The notes under the pieces were generated by a model, which worked only from the letters and a program-made list of their open reading frames with translations, made no database searches and was not told where the DNA came from. A stretch of 33,609 bases of DNA from Hyphochytrium catenoides (taxonomy: Eukaryota; Protista; Hyphochytriomycota). This document shows, in pieces, positions 19,311 to 31,570 of this stretch (its first letter is position 1; each line of letters begins with the position of its first letter). The stretch lies in NCBI GenBank assembly GCA_900088475.1, contig FLMG01001812.1, positions 1 through 33,609 on the forward strand, in the 5' to 3' direction. Made by a program: the position numbers and the translations under genes.

Positions 19311-21093
19311 CCAGAGCCTTCTGGGGCGCCACACACAGCCAAGCGCCACCACCAATCATTATTCTTTGGGGCCTAGAGCCTCCTTCCGCATGATCCAGAC
19401 AGGCGGCAAGAAAAAGCTCCAGGCGAGTGATATCAAGCGCCAGTTTGATCCCCCAACCAGAGGCTTGTACATCTCCCTCTCTTGTCACGACATCCGGGTG
19501 AGTAGTAGAAGAAAGCATGAGCAGCGGTATGCAGAGGAGTACAGGAGAGAAGAAAGTTTGCAACCAATGACCTAGCAGGCTTTCTACAGAGCGTATTAGG
19601 GACGATCCTAAACGTCTCAGACCTAAAATAAAAGAGGCTGATTCCGAGGGGGACGGGATCATACTTGATTGCAGGGGTTCTACCACCACCTATGATGTCT
19701 ATATGTTTCACCCACTTTTCCATGTATCTAAGTCAAAACGGTATCGTTACGGAGATAGGAACGAGGAGCTGGGAGAGATCAAAGCAACCTTCTTCTAGAG
19801 ATTCAGGGACCGGTGAACTGGTGTGTCATTGGGAACATATTATCGTCTTGGACAAGAGGATTCGGTAGGCGGCCGAGTATCTGCTGCTCAGGTGGCAAAT
19901 TGCCAGCATCAAAAGTTTTTGGAAGAGCTCTTGGCAGCTAACAAAGCGCAGTCTCTATCCCAGAGTCTTCAAAGCAGTGAAGAGTTTGAGCTGTACTATG
20001 GCGAGGACGACGAGGAAGCCGTCCAATCTAGAGGGGAGTGGTGTAACACTAGGGTGCAAGGAGGTAATTTGCCTCCCAAGCTATTTGCTTCTCGATTGCT
20101 TCAGAAGCTGCCAGCAGAGTTTGCTATTGGACTCAGAGCTGAAACGGGCAAGGAGCCATTTTTCTAAATGTAGCAGGTGTGGTGGACTGGGACGGCCAGT
20201 GTCTGCATATGGACTAGTCGAGCAACGAATATCGCGATAGCAGCATCGAGGCTTGGAACTAGCTGCAGAAGAAGTGTAGGAATAAGCTGCCCAAGGTAGG
20301 TCTAGGGTGTGAGAGAGAAGTCGTTGTGGACAGAAGAGGAAAGCGAGGGAAGAGGAGCTTCTTCCTACAACTCTTAACAGCAGTCAGCTATTAGCTTCCA
20401 TTTATAGAGGAATCCCACTCAATAAAGCCGCTCTTCTCTCTTCTTTCGCGATTTGTCGCTCTTCGGTAGTGCTCTGTAGCCCTGACTACTGTCGCTTTTT
20501 GCCAGCTGCGTAGTCTACAAACTCTGCAACAGAAGAGCTTTCTGTGGTTTCTGGCATCTTTTGTGACAGAGACCGAGTCTGAAGGCTCCTTCTGCTTCAC
20601 TCACAATCCAAGTTTATCCTTCACTTGAACTTATGCTCTCCTTCTCGCCCTCTTGAGTCCTGAGTGCCGTCAAACAGGTGAGAGTATAGCTCCGTCCAGC
20701 GGCGATTCCCTGTCCTATGGAGGGAGAGGAGGGAGAATAAGGTAGTGAATGTCCTAACGTCTTCTGCGTGCAGAGATCGCCCTCTTCTTCTCTTCCTTAG
20801 GGGTTAGGGTTATACTCTGTCAAAATCGTAAGCAGCAGTTGCAGTGGCCATAGGAGGCTTCGTCCTTTCATACGGTTTTTCTCTTCTTCTCTTCCTTTCC
20901 TTGTTTCTTCTTGGCATCAAGAGTTTGTTTGCATTAGTGCTTCTAGTCATGGTGGTACGGTCCTAAGGAAAGACCTTCTTCAGTCCCTAATGCTTGCTAC
21001 TACTTAGCGGTACAGGCTCATGCACTAACAAGAGAAAGAAGGCTTATCATGTCCACCAGGGCCATGCAGTCTTAATATCCGCTGTTCAGGATG

Positions 21094-22317
21094 TCAAAGG
21101 ATCTGGAAGCCATGTTCTCGGTGTACAGCGCTTATAAATTCGATAGATGTCTTGTAGACATCTTGACGGGAACTTTCATCAATGAAGGCTGATGGCACTG
21201 TCACGAGCATTGACATCATCACTGTTACCGCTACTTTTGTCGCAACCAATGAGGAGCTTGTGCATAGATTAAGACTTACATTCAAGCCATCCATGAAAGC
21301 CTTTCTCATATATCCTAGCCTCAATTCTCTTCTTCTTCTTGCCCTTTCTGGACATGGCCAACTCGTCGGCTTCCCTCTTTAGACGCTGTACAAGCGCCAA
21401 CTGCTCGTGCATTAGAATGTCAATAGCTGGGACAATGAAGAGCATATCATTGGGTAAACTACTCAATTCAGCCAGAATAGGATGGAGTCGTGGATTGTCA
21501 TTGGCTTCTGGGCGAACACATGCTACATATGCGTCGTACAGCGGCTGCAAGAAGAACAAAGGGTCTTTCGCGGGGTAATTCTTCGGGACGGGTTTCTCCA
21601 TTGGAGGCCGGCGCAAGTCAACCTGTGTCAACGTTTGGTTCAATAGAAGAGAGGAGAGGCCAGTAAGCAACAGGGAAGAACAAGCAACCATGATATCCTT
21701 GAAAAGTCACCTACCGGTGCATAGAAAGTTACTGAAGCTTTAATTGCCGTCAAAGAAGGATGGCGCAAGGCCGGCTGCTGGCAAGCTGCTAACGCGAGGT
21801 TGCCTCCTGCAGAAGTGCCTCCTATGGTAAACAGCTTTGTATCTGCACCCAGCTCACTCTCCGCATGCTTGAGAAGATAAGCAACTACGTCGTCCACATC
21901 ATCATGGGCGGAGGGGAAGGTGTACCTTGGTGAATAGCGGTACTGAGTCGAGACTACTACTGCCCCAGTCTTATCAGAAAGCGTGGAACACCACCGTGCG
22001 TCATACTCAGCTGCGCCGCCAAGAAAAGCGCCCCCGTGGATATCCAGATGGAGAGGCCTTAGTCGTTTGTCACCCTCTGACCGCGGCGGTTGGAAGACAA
22101 GTGCTCGTACTTTCCTGTTCAATCTGGTTGGGATCCATATGACCGTATACCGTCGCGACGTGAGCCATGGCAAGCAGACAAAAGACATGATCAACACTTG
22201 AATGGGTTGAAGAACTAGAAGCCTCCAGCGATAGGTAAAGGGTAGATGCTTGCAGAAGAGAGCATCATACGTGGGACGGAACATGAGGTCTAACATGTCT
22301 AATAATAAAGGCGTCAT
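21094..22317 (-). CDS. Alpha/beta hydrolase, HSL/Abhydrolase_3 family esterase-lipase (3 exons, 349 aa)
   Basis: Exons 22317-21715, 21622-21280 and 21197-21094, with GT-AG introns of 92 and 82 nt, join in frame. HGGA oxyanion motif, GTSAGG nucleophile, IDIL Asp and GFHGW His are all present. Confidence 0.93.
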
Positions 22318-24333
22318 GATGATGGTTGTGGGCGGTGGTGGTGGTGGGAAGGCAACAGCTTAGCTAACAGCCTTCGTTCTTCTTGGCCAAAGGATATAAT
22401 AGGACAATGCCCTAACGTCGTTCCGTCGTGCTCCTCTATGGATGATAGAGAAATGACCAAGGGATCTTGAGGACGGTCGCTCGCTTTCTCTGCGCTCGTT
22501 GTTCTGCGACGTACAGTGTCTAATGCTGGTTTGTGACGCGCTCTGTAAAAGAGGAACTGATGATGACGACTTTTTCACGGGCCTGTGGCGCTTCCTACTC
22601 TCTTTCTATCCGATGAAGGAGGAGGATGATGGGGCTGACAGAAGCCTGAGCAGCAAACAGAAGGAGCTACAGAAGGACTAAGGAATAAGAAGATCTCTGA
22701 ATGAGATCGCGTTGAAGGGAGAGTGATTGTCCCATAGTAAAAAAATGTCCAAAATAAGACGTGGAGGATCACAGCGACTTCTTTCTGGTGTCAGAAAAGT
22801 TGCGACTTTTCGAATTACTACTCGTAGTTCTGTTATAAAGCCAGCCGTGGCGAGTGTGTCAGTAGCTGGGGCACCGCGCTGGATCGTTCTTCCTTCCTTT
22901 AGTTCTACTCCGTCAGCCGGGTTGACTGTCACCCCACCACGTCCTCCTCTCCTTTTTCTGCTACCACCCTCGTTGCCGTCCCTCTCTCGTGCTGCTTTCC
23001 CTTTTTATGGTCTTGATAAGATGTTCTGTACACTCTTCTCTCCTCCTCCTCCCTGCTGTGTCTTTCCCTCACTCCTCGTCGTCATCGCTGATGGCGCTTC
23101 CCTCTCAAAATATTTTTCCTTCTTCTTTCCTAATCTCTCCTCCCTACAAAATCGTCCTCCTCTCCCTTTTTCTTATGGATGTATGGGAACCGGCTTTGCT
23201 CCTGTCCGTTCCTCTGGTTTGACTGCGCTCTTTCCTTCTCTGCTAAGGACTTGCACTTCTTGTAACTCAAAAGAGTCTCTTGGTCTGCTCGTTATCGCCA
23301 GATCTTAACTTCGCTGGTCTTCTCCTCCCATTCGAGGAGGCAACTAAGGATCGTGGTCGGGCAAGAAACGCTAATGTGTCTGGATGATTCTACCATAGCA
23401 GAGGGTTACTCGGCTATATGAGACGAACCTCGGGCCGCTTATTATCCGTCTTTGCTGCGCTCTCACCAGCCCGCTACTCACTCTGCGGTCACTACGAACT
23501 CTTTTATATCGTTAAACTTTTGGTGAGCATCCAAGCTGGCTGAAGATGACTTGTTTGCGAAAATTGTCGTCAATGTCTAAGTGTCAGATTATGGACGGAA
23601 ACTCGGTCTATTTCTCCTAGAGCTAAGCATCTTGAGGGCTTGCCGTTCTCTGCCACTCCCTTAATTACCACCTTCTCAAGATGAGGAAATTTTTTCATCT
23701 CCTCCTTCTTCTGTCACTTCTAGGAGTACTTTCTAGTACTCAGTAGTAGAGGAAGAAGAAAACAGAAGGAGCTACAAGTCTAAGTCTCTTCATCAGCTCC
23801 CTCTTCTCCACAATCGTTACCTAAAATAGAAGAATCTTAGTTGATATTCTCAGCAAGAACAATCAAAGAACGAGGAGGAGAATTTCTGGCGCCGAGACCA
23901 TCATCACACTGGACAAGGGCAAGCAAGCGAAGGGTTTGACTGCTCCAGGAGAGTGCGCTTCTTGGACGGCAAAAGAGACTCTGCTATTATGTAGAGTTAG
24001 TTGAAGCCATCGTCGTCAGTCCAGGCCAACGACCATGATACCGGAACGCTTCAATTCGAGCGCCCCCTTGCACCTTCACAAGCTGCTGCACAGAGTCAAC
24101 GACACGAGGCATATCTCTCTAAGGACTCCCAGAAGAGAGGGGCAAACGCCTGCCCTACAGATTGACTGCGAGCCTCATACTTCTGCAGGTTGGCTTCTCA
24201 AGACAAGCAAGCTCGATAGCCGCCGTGGTGGGCTGCTCTGGATTGCAGGAGTGACTAGTAGACTACTGTTGGAAGAACGAGGAGTTATTGAGCTCTCTTT
24301 AAGTCAAAGAAGGGAAAGGTAAAGCGTCCAAGG

Positions 24334-24698
24334 GATATCTTTGGCCGCGTGATTGAAGGATGAGCTGACCTCCCTCACTTGTCACCTTTTGCTTCATCAG
24401 CCTCAGCCTCTGCCGCCTGCTTACAAGCTAGACACAGCGGCAAGAGGCACGCACCGCTGACTAGACCTATGAGGTGCCGCAGAACGGTCAACCGCACTCC
24501 CGCCCATTGCGATTGGGCCGATACTGGAGGTAGATAATAGTAGGTCTTTATTTTGGTAAAAGTAGTCGGGTGGCGAGGAGTATGTACCTATCGCTTACTT
24601 CTCGTTGGTTAATGAGCTAGGACACGGCTACTACTAATGCGCCGGGGCCAAGAGCCTCTTTCCGCTTGATTCAACCAGCCGGCAAGGTGCTCTTGCAG
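24334..24698 (+). mobile_element. Miniature non-coding derivative of the YR family (X copy 5 + Y motif)
   Basis: X at ~24334-24492 and Y (ggggccaagagcctctttccgcttga...cggcaaggtgctc) at 24644-24698, in the same order and orientation as the YR-bearing copies but without YR. Confidence 0.65.
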
Positions 24699-24844
24699 GA
24701 GGAAAGCAATAGACATGGGATTTGCAAGAACCATACATTTATCAACCCTTATTTCTTGTACTGCCTCTGTTGGACGACTTGTTGCCTGTCGGGTCAGTCC
24801 TTCTTAGTATTAACAAATGGGGAACCTATGACGACATTTCTGTC

Positions 24845-27508
24845 CTATATATAGCCCATTCTTCGAAGGCTTTCTCTCTCTTTCCGTAGCCGATCTTCAT
24901 GATTAGGAGAATCTCCTCGCTGGGTTGTTTGGTCTGCTGCTTCAACAGTAGTGGTAGACCGCAATAACGAATCCGTACTCTTCTTTCCCCCGCCCGTCAC
25001 TTTTTCCTGACAGGTAGAGGATATGTCAGTGTCGAGAGTTTTAACCTTCCCTAGGGCCGTTTGTGCTGTCAGAATTGTCCAATAGACCCATAACCTCCCC
25101 CTACTATCCCTGACACAGTCAGTAGGGCCCACCAAAAGCTCTGAAGGCAGAAGATACATTCTCATCAACTCGGGAACAGATCCTTGCATGTCTTTCGTCA
25201 CTTTCCGCATTGAGTAAGCGTAAAATGGTGCAACATAGGTCGAGAGATAGACCCCCGCAGCAATAAGGAGCTTGCAATTGCATGCCATGGGACTGCCGTT
25301 GATGGAGAAGGTAATGTCACTGATGCCCAGTGCCGTTGTATAAAGGAGTCCAGTATATGCCGCAATCACCACTTGGGCTGTTGTTACCACTAGACATCGG
25401 AGCCTATTATTAGGCACGCTGCCGTAGCAAGCCTTGCTCGTGATAGATGACACCAAGATGCTCAGCAGTATCAGAACGCCATAATTAACTGCTGCGGCAG
25501 AGCCCATAGATAAGTCAAAAACGCTAGATTCGGAAAAAGCTCCCTGAGACGTGAAGGAGACGCGCAGTGTAAGACATTCGCTATACAGGGCCACCAGGCA
25601 TGCGATGCGCAAGTAGGTGATCATGGCGCCACTGGGTCCTAGGAGCATGCAGTTACTGCCAAAGCCTGAGAGAAGAAGACTACTGGAAACTGACAGATGT
25701 TCAGTCATCATCTTGACGAAAGCAGTTTGACATGCGGCTATCACTGCAACGAGTGCCATTAGCTCTATAAGAAGGCTGGCAATATAGACTAGGACAGAAT
25801 AGGAGTTAGGCTGGCCTGAGGTCTGGTGTAGCTTTACTTGGACCTGCAGCCCGCCGTACTCCAAACTCTTGGCTGCACGGGTAAGCTGCGGCTCCTGAAT
25901 CAGCATTGAGCTCTCAATCTGCAGGCTGAGCCAAATGATCTCATCAAAGGCAGAAGAGATATTATACCTCGTCTTTGATGCGACATTGCTGAGGAACAAA
26001 ACGCGGCGACTCGGTGGCTGCCCTTTCTCCAACGATTCTCCTACCCCACTGCCGGTGTTATAGCACTGACTAAGAAGTCGAGTGATGTTGAGCCCGCTCT
26101 TGAAGTTCTTAGCTGAACATGTGTCTTCCTGCAAGAATAGTGACAAGCCTGTCGTGCTCGGGATGCCATTGCAGCTGGATCTACAAGATGCGTCACAGTA
26201 GATGATGCTATCGATCGTTGAAAGGACGTCCGCAGTAAAGTTAAGGCCACGTAGAGTTTGACAAGCTCTGTTCCGCGCCAAGGGTTCTCGTCCTCTGTAT
26301 AAGCGCAAAGCATTGGACGTATTGAGTACGAAAGGAGCCAGGGATGAAGAAGAAAGGGAGGAGACAGGAGAGAGTGTAGGCGAAGAGGCGCGGAACTCGG
26401 TCCTGAGACTGTTATAGTCTCCCATCGCAAAGCATTGGATGGCATGCCTTAACACCACAGCCTTCGCGTCGGAATAGAACATTGAAATACCGTCGTCTTT
26501 CGTCGATGCAAAAAGGAATGCCCATGCGGTCGTGACAATAGCCAGACTACCCTTCCATCCTCTCCCATAGTAATTGAAAATATTCCCTGGGACGCTCACA
26601 TAGTCCAGTTGGAGACCATGATCACTTACCTGACCTTGTCGCTGACCCGACATGCCGCTGTAGGCCGTATATAAACCTGAAGCCCAACGCCCACTAGCAT
26701 GCTCGTTGAAAAGAAGAGTGGGAGATACCCGAGAAATGTACTCCAGAGCACGGCGAGGTTCTCCTTGGGCATACCGAAGACATCGTGCATGATCTTGATC
26801 GAACGCTGAGTTGCATTTTGAGCTCTCCTGGAGACAAAGTTCATCGAGTTTCGACATCTTATCATAGTCTGCTGCAGTTATATTGAGTGCAGCACGGCGC
26901 ATCCAGAAGTATTTGCTAATCGTCAGGTTGCATACGCAGAGGGCCGCGTTGACATTGCCAAAGACGGAGCTTGCACGATCTGCCTCACGCTCTGTGATGA
27001 GAAAGTCATCGTAGAAAGACCATGTCGGCCCGCTGTCGTTAAGTGGCATCGGTTTGGGGGGACTGGACGATGAAATCCAGACATCTGAGAGCTTCCTGTT
27101 ATCACGTCTCACTTGAAGTTCGACCTGCGGATCAATAGCCCAGCCATCGATTTTCGACGCCAGCGACCAAGAATCAGGCCCGAGACTCAAAACAGCAATG
27201 GCAATGTTGTCGATTGTTGACTCCAGCGCAGAAGGTGAGAGGGTCGCATCAGCTGCAGTGGGGAAATAGGCAGGGATAGAGGAAGAGGAGGCGGAGGAAG
27301 AAACGAGGAGATTGATTGTCTCACTATAGCCTGTCAGGTTACGGAAGCTGCTTTCAAGCTTATGGATCTCGCTATCGTCGGCCACCTTCATCGTCCGTGT
27401 AATGTGCGACGGCAGGGGCCGAAGAAGAAGAGTACCCGCGCCCAGTAAGGCGACAATCAGGCTGAAGGCCACAGACCAAGTCATAAGCATGTGATTTGCA
27501 GCCACCAT
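24845..27508 (-). CDS. Uncharacterised multi-pass membrane protein (~887 aa from first ATG)
   Basis: Stop-free frame of about 2.7 kb. It has an N-terminal hydrophobic anchor (WSVAFSLIVALLGAGTLLL), a large Cys- and NxS/T-rich region and about 5-6 C-terminal hydrophobic helices. The frame stays open to 27625, so the true start may lie in an upstream exon. Confidence 0.82.
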   Translation of the reverse strand: MVAANHMLMTWSVAFSLIVALLGAGTLLLRPLPSHITRTMKVADDSEIHKLESSFRNLTGYSETINLLVSSSASSSSIPAYFPTAADATLSPSALESTIDNIAIAVLSLGPDSWSLASKIDGWAIDPQVELQVRRDNRKLSDVWISSSSPPKPMPLNDSGPTWSFYDDFLITEREADRASSVFGNVNAALCVCNLTISKYFWMRRAALNITAADYDKMSKLDELCLQESSKCNSAFDQDHARCLRYAQGEPRRALEYISRVSPTLLFNEHASGRWASGLYTAYSGMSGQRQGQVSDHGLQLDYVSVPGNIFNYYGRGWKGSLAIVTTAWAFLFASTKDDGISMFYSDAKAVVLRHAIQCFAMGDYNSLRTEFRASSPTLSPVSSLSSSSLAPFVLNTSNALRLYRGREPLARNRACQTLRGLNFTADVLSTIDSIIYCDASCRSSCNGIPSTTGLSLFLQEDTCSAKNFKSGLNITRLLSQCYNTGSGVGESLEKGQPPSRRVLFLSNVASKTRYNISSAFDEIIWLSLQIESSMLIQEPQLTRAAKSLEYGGLQVQVKLHQTSGQPNSYSVLVYIASLLIELMALVAVIAACQTAFVKMMTEHLSVSSSLLLSGFGSNCMLLGPSGAMITYLRIACLVALYSECLTLRVSFTSQGAFSESSVFDLSMGSAAAVNYGVLILLSILVSSITSKACYGSVPNNRLRCLVVTTAQVVIAAYTGLLYTTALGISDITFSINGSPMACNCKLLIAAGVYLSTYVAPFYAYSMRKVTKDMQGSVPELMRMYLLPSELLVGPTDCVRDSRGRLWVYWTILTAQTALGKVKTLDTDISSTCQEKVTGGGKKSTDSLLRSTTTVEAADQTTQRGDSPNHEDRLRKERESLRRMGYI

Positions 27509-29018
27509 GACTCCTTTTTTTTTCCACTTGGTGTTGAAGAGTGACACCACCAGGCTCGTTGCCACCAGCCCTCTTCTTTGCTGGAACCTACTATCCGGAG
27601 TGTTGGACCAAAGAAGTAGCCCCTGCTATTGACTGTCGCGAATAACACATCTAGTCATACCGTTGACAATGTGCGATGAAAAATGAGAAGCGGCAGAAAG
27701 CAAATGCAAGAAGCGGGGCCTCTCACGGTACCTCCGCCTGCGTTCTAACCAAGGTAAACGCCGCAGCTCCCTGCTGAAGTCGAAGGTCCCAAACCTGGCG
27801 GGGAGAAGGAAGGCACGGGGCACGGCAAAGTGATTACTAGGAACTCGAGGGACTGTTGGTTACAAATGAGATTGAGGCTGGGGGCCTATGAACAAACTGG
27901 GCAGGAGAGAGGAGGAGCGACGGTACGAAAGAGAGAGAAAGGAGCCTGGAGAACACTAATCCTCCTTCAATTTGTGGAGGAACGGCGATCTCGTAGTGCC
28001 CACAGACACCAAACACCAACGTTAGAACTGGATCAAAAGGCCAGGCCTAAGAAATTCTTTCCATATTCTTCTACAGAACAGCCCCAAGAGAACGGCAAAG
28101 AGCTGAACAAGCAGACGATAATTCGTCCACCATCAAAACAGCCCAAAGCAGGTAGAAAAGACAGGGTCTGAGAATCCAAGAAGGCTGTTCACCATCCTCG
28201 AAAGGCCGTTTCGCTGTGTGTAAGAAAAAGAATCAACGTTTGTAGATCAACCAATCAATGGGTTTTGGAAACTTTCATAGCTAGTAGTATAAAGAGATGC
28301 TAACATAGGAATATCATGGGGCTGCTTTGCAGCTTTCTATAAAATGAAATGTTTCGGCAACGGAAGATGGAAAGATAACTTATGTACTCATGGCCGTTTC
28401 TCCCTCCATAACGCCCACAATCCAGTATGATCATCGCGCCCTTTCGTTCCTTATTCAACTAAGCTTAACTTTTTGTTAGGCGTGGGTCACTTTTTGCTGT
28501 TCTTTCCGTAGCACTCTTCCTTCTCCATGCTTCAACAAGGTCTCCCCCTCTCTTCTTTCTCCTTTCTCTTACTCTTCTGTGTCCTCTTCAAGCTTCTTTG
28601 ATCGTTGTTCCTCTTACCCTATCTATCGTACGTAGCGACAGGCAAACGGGATGCAGGGCTGTTCCAGGGCGTTAGTCACCGCTGTGCCAATCTTTCTTGT
28701 TCAACTTACTTCATTTTCTATGCCAGTAGGTGTGTCTGACAAACCAATAATAATGGAGAAAAGAGATTTGGAGGAGCCAGCAGGTGACCAGCCCCACGGA
28801 GCAAATCATAAGGAGCCAACTGCAAAAAGGCATTGAGACGATTAGCAAACAACGAGAGACAGAAGAAATAGCGCATCCTGGCGCGAAACAAACACCGGAA
28901 ACCACCGAGCAGCCGAAAGATAGCCATAAGGAAAAAGCACGGCGCGAGGACTGAAAGAGAGGCTTTCAGTCTGTTTTACCCTAAAGAGACATAAGAGGCG
29001 CATTCACTGGTGGGAACT

Positions 29019-30819
29019 ATGGAGACAATCTCTCTATTGGATCAAGCCCAAGAGGAGAGTTACCTCACGGAGATCTCCAAGACTTGGGCATTTCCGGTGG
29101 CCATAACAGCCACTGTTGTCAACATCCTCGCGCTCCCAGCTCTCACGGCCCTCATCTGGAAGAGAAGAGACCATTTCCCGCTAAACTCCACACCACCGTT
29201 CCTTTTATTATCCACCCAGGTCGGTGCAAATCTCTACGTTGCAGCGCTAACGCATGGTCTTCTTGGGGCAAACTCTCTCCCATGCTGGCTGCACTTAATT
29301 CTTGAGTATGGCCGCTACTTCCCTTTCTTCTGCGGTACGATGGTGCAGCTCTTCCGCATATGGTTCCTCTACCGGCTGCAAGAGAGCAAAGCGAAGGGAA
29401 AGAAGAACTGGTTTGCAAGATATGCGAACCTCTCAACCGAGGGTGTGCTAAAAAGAATCTTTGTGGCCTCAGGACTGTTGCTATTTTTGGTCCCAGTGCT
29501 TCAACTTTCTCTTAACGACGCGGAGACGCTGGCCAGTCCCATGGCAAGTCTTGAATGTGTTAATGAAAAAGCTCAGGTCAGACCTTATACTCTTTCCTCT
29601 TGAAGATTGTTCTCAGCGTGGAGACTGACCACCTCAAATTGCTCTTGTTCCTTCTGTCACCTTCACTGTCATGCAGACGTTTGCAAGTATTTGCTGGTGG
29701 CTTGTCATTGGGGGTAACGTCCTGTTTGGTTATCTAGTCAAAGACATTGACGACGCCTTCAGTATCAACACAAACTGGAAGAAGATCGTTTACTTCTTTG
29801 TAATGGGCGCTCCTCTGAACGCCATGGCGATGATGTCCCCCAACCTTCGTGATGCTGAAAGATCTAATGCTTTCTCCATGGGACAACTTGCCTATGTTGG
29901 GGCATCTTTTGCTTATATGTTCTTTGCATCGATAGAGCCGATAAGGAAAACTTACGCTGCCGCTTTAGAAGAAAAAATGCAGATGCAGCGCTTAAGGGGC
30001 GGGTATGACACTGGCAGCAGCTCATCGTCGTCCTCCGACAAGGAGAAAGCTGCAGTTATTACGTCGCCGAAGGAACTTCGCGCGGCGCTGGAGGACCCCG
30101 TCCTCTGCAAGGAGTTTCTAGGATATCTTATGAGAGAATTCGCATGTAGGCTGGCTGTTCGGCTTCACCTTAATGCTTCTATTGCTTGGAATCGCCTTCT
30201 ACCGTCGGGTTCTTCTTCTCAATCAGTTCCACTTACCTCCTTGGAAGCTCCAATGGATATAGATATATCGAGAAGTTTCCTCGTAGCCTCTGCAATTAGT
30301 CCTTCTGATCGACTTCCGTCTTCTTGTGTCTTACAAATCGTATTTCTTCCACTCACATTTACAACCTTGCCTACAGGCGAAGGTCTTCTCTTTGTGAACG
30401 CGTTAAGTGAAATACGGTCGCAACTCCCTTACTTTCAAAGCAGAGGAAGTATCAGTGGCGGCACTGAAGGGACGGGACCCCTTCCTAGCTCTCTGTTGAC
30501 TCCTGGCCTGCAGAAATGTCTCGAAAATCTTTCGAACAACTTTATCACGCTCGGTGCACCTTACGAGATCAATATCTCCTCAGAGCTCAGAAATAAGATT
30601 CTGAAGCGTCAGCGAGAAATTGGAACAATCCCAACGAACCTTTCTGAAGTGCTATTCGCCCTGGATGAAGCAGAACAAGATGTCCTCGCCACTCTGATGG
30701 ACTCTTATAAGCGATTCCGTAGGCAGGACTACGCACAGATTCGATTGCGACGACCCTCTGCAGCCCCAGCAGGCATCCACGGAAAAATCTCTCCAGAAAA
30801 CAATCAAAAGGGTAGTTAG
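29019..30819 (+). CDS. 7TM-RGS protein (GPCR-like membrane domain + C-terminal RGS domain; 3 exons, 489 aa)
   Basis: Exons 29019-29576, 29677-30145 and 30377-30819, with GT-AG introns of 100 and 231 nt. About 7 hydrophobic segments precede the RGS motifs LEDP..CKEFLGYLMREFACEGLLF, FITLGAPYEINISSELRNKI and AEQDVLATL.DSYKRF. Confidence 0.9.
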
Positions 30820-31570
30820 TTGGCTGCTGCTGCTGGGGAGGTGCTCAAATATGTCGCAAAGTGACAAAGAAGAGTTGACCACTCATAGAGCCCTAGGGAT
30901 ACTTCAATAATGCCAATCGTTGACATACACAGTGTAGCAGATAACAAAACATCAGTCTTTCTTATTACCATGATAATGCTGACTCCTCTTCCATTTTAAT
31001 ATGGTTATTCTCTCCTCATCTTATTAACGTCCGCCTACTCGCACATGGACGTATGCGGAGCTCCCCTGCATGTCTATCCTCAGGGTCTCCGTATGTTTCT
31101 GGAGCAAATCGCAGGACGCAGGGGTGAGCCCTAAGCCATCCTGCTCAAGTCCTCGGCACCCTCACACTGCTTTCTCCATTCCTCTCTTTGCTTTTTTCCT
31201 AGAGATGGTTGGTTTCGATCAGTATGTGGGGGTCACCCCTGTCGTAGGGCCTGATATACCAGCCGAGTCGGATCTCAGTCTGCATGGGGAAGCTGGTGAC
31301 CACTACCATCTTTTGTGGATTAAACTCTGCATGGCCTATCGACTTCCACTGAACCCCACCCTTCGGCTGTGATGTCGCGCTGCGGCCCTCCGCTGACCCT
31401 ACTACGCTTTGTCTAAGCTCCATCGCGCTGTATCGAAAGCTGCATCTGCGCAATGTCTGACGATGGCATAATAAATTCCCCGCTTAGGGTTAGGCTGCGT
31501 CTGACCCTACTGAAACAGATTACCATGCGGAGATCTACGCATCCAGATGGTGTTAGCCCTGCCCTCTCGA

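Noticed and set aside
19009-19575. 188-aa ORF as a functional recombinase
   Set aside because: Only ~30 aa are YR-like, the other catalytic motifs are absent and there is no ATG at the ORF start.
22727-23308. 193-aa ORF
   Set aside because: Low-complexity CT-rich translation with no ATG start and no recognisable motif.
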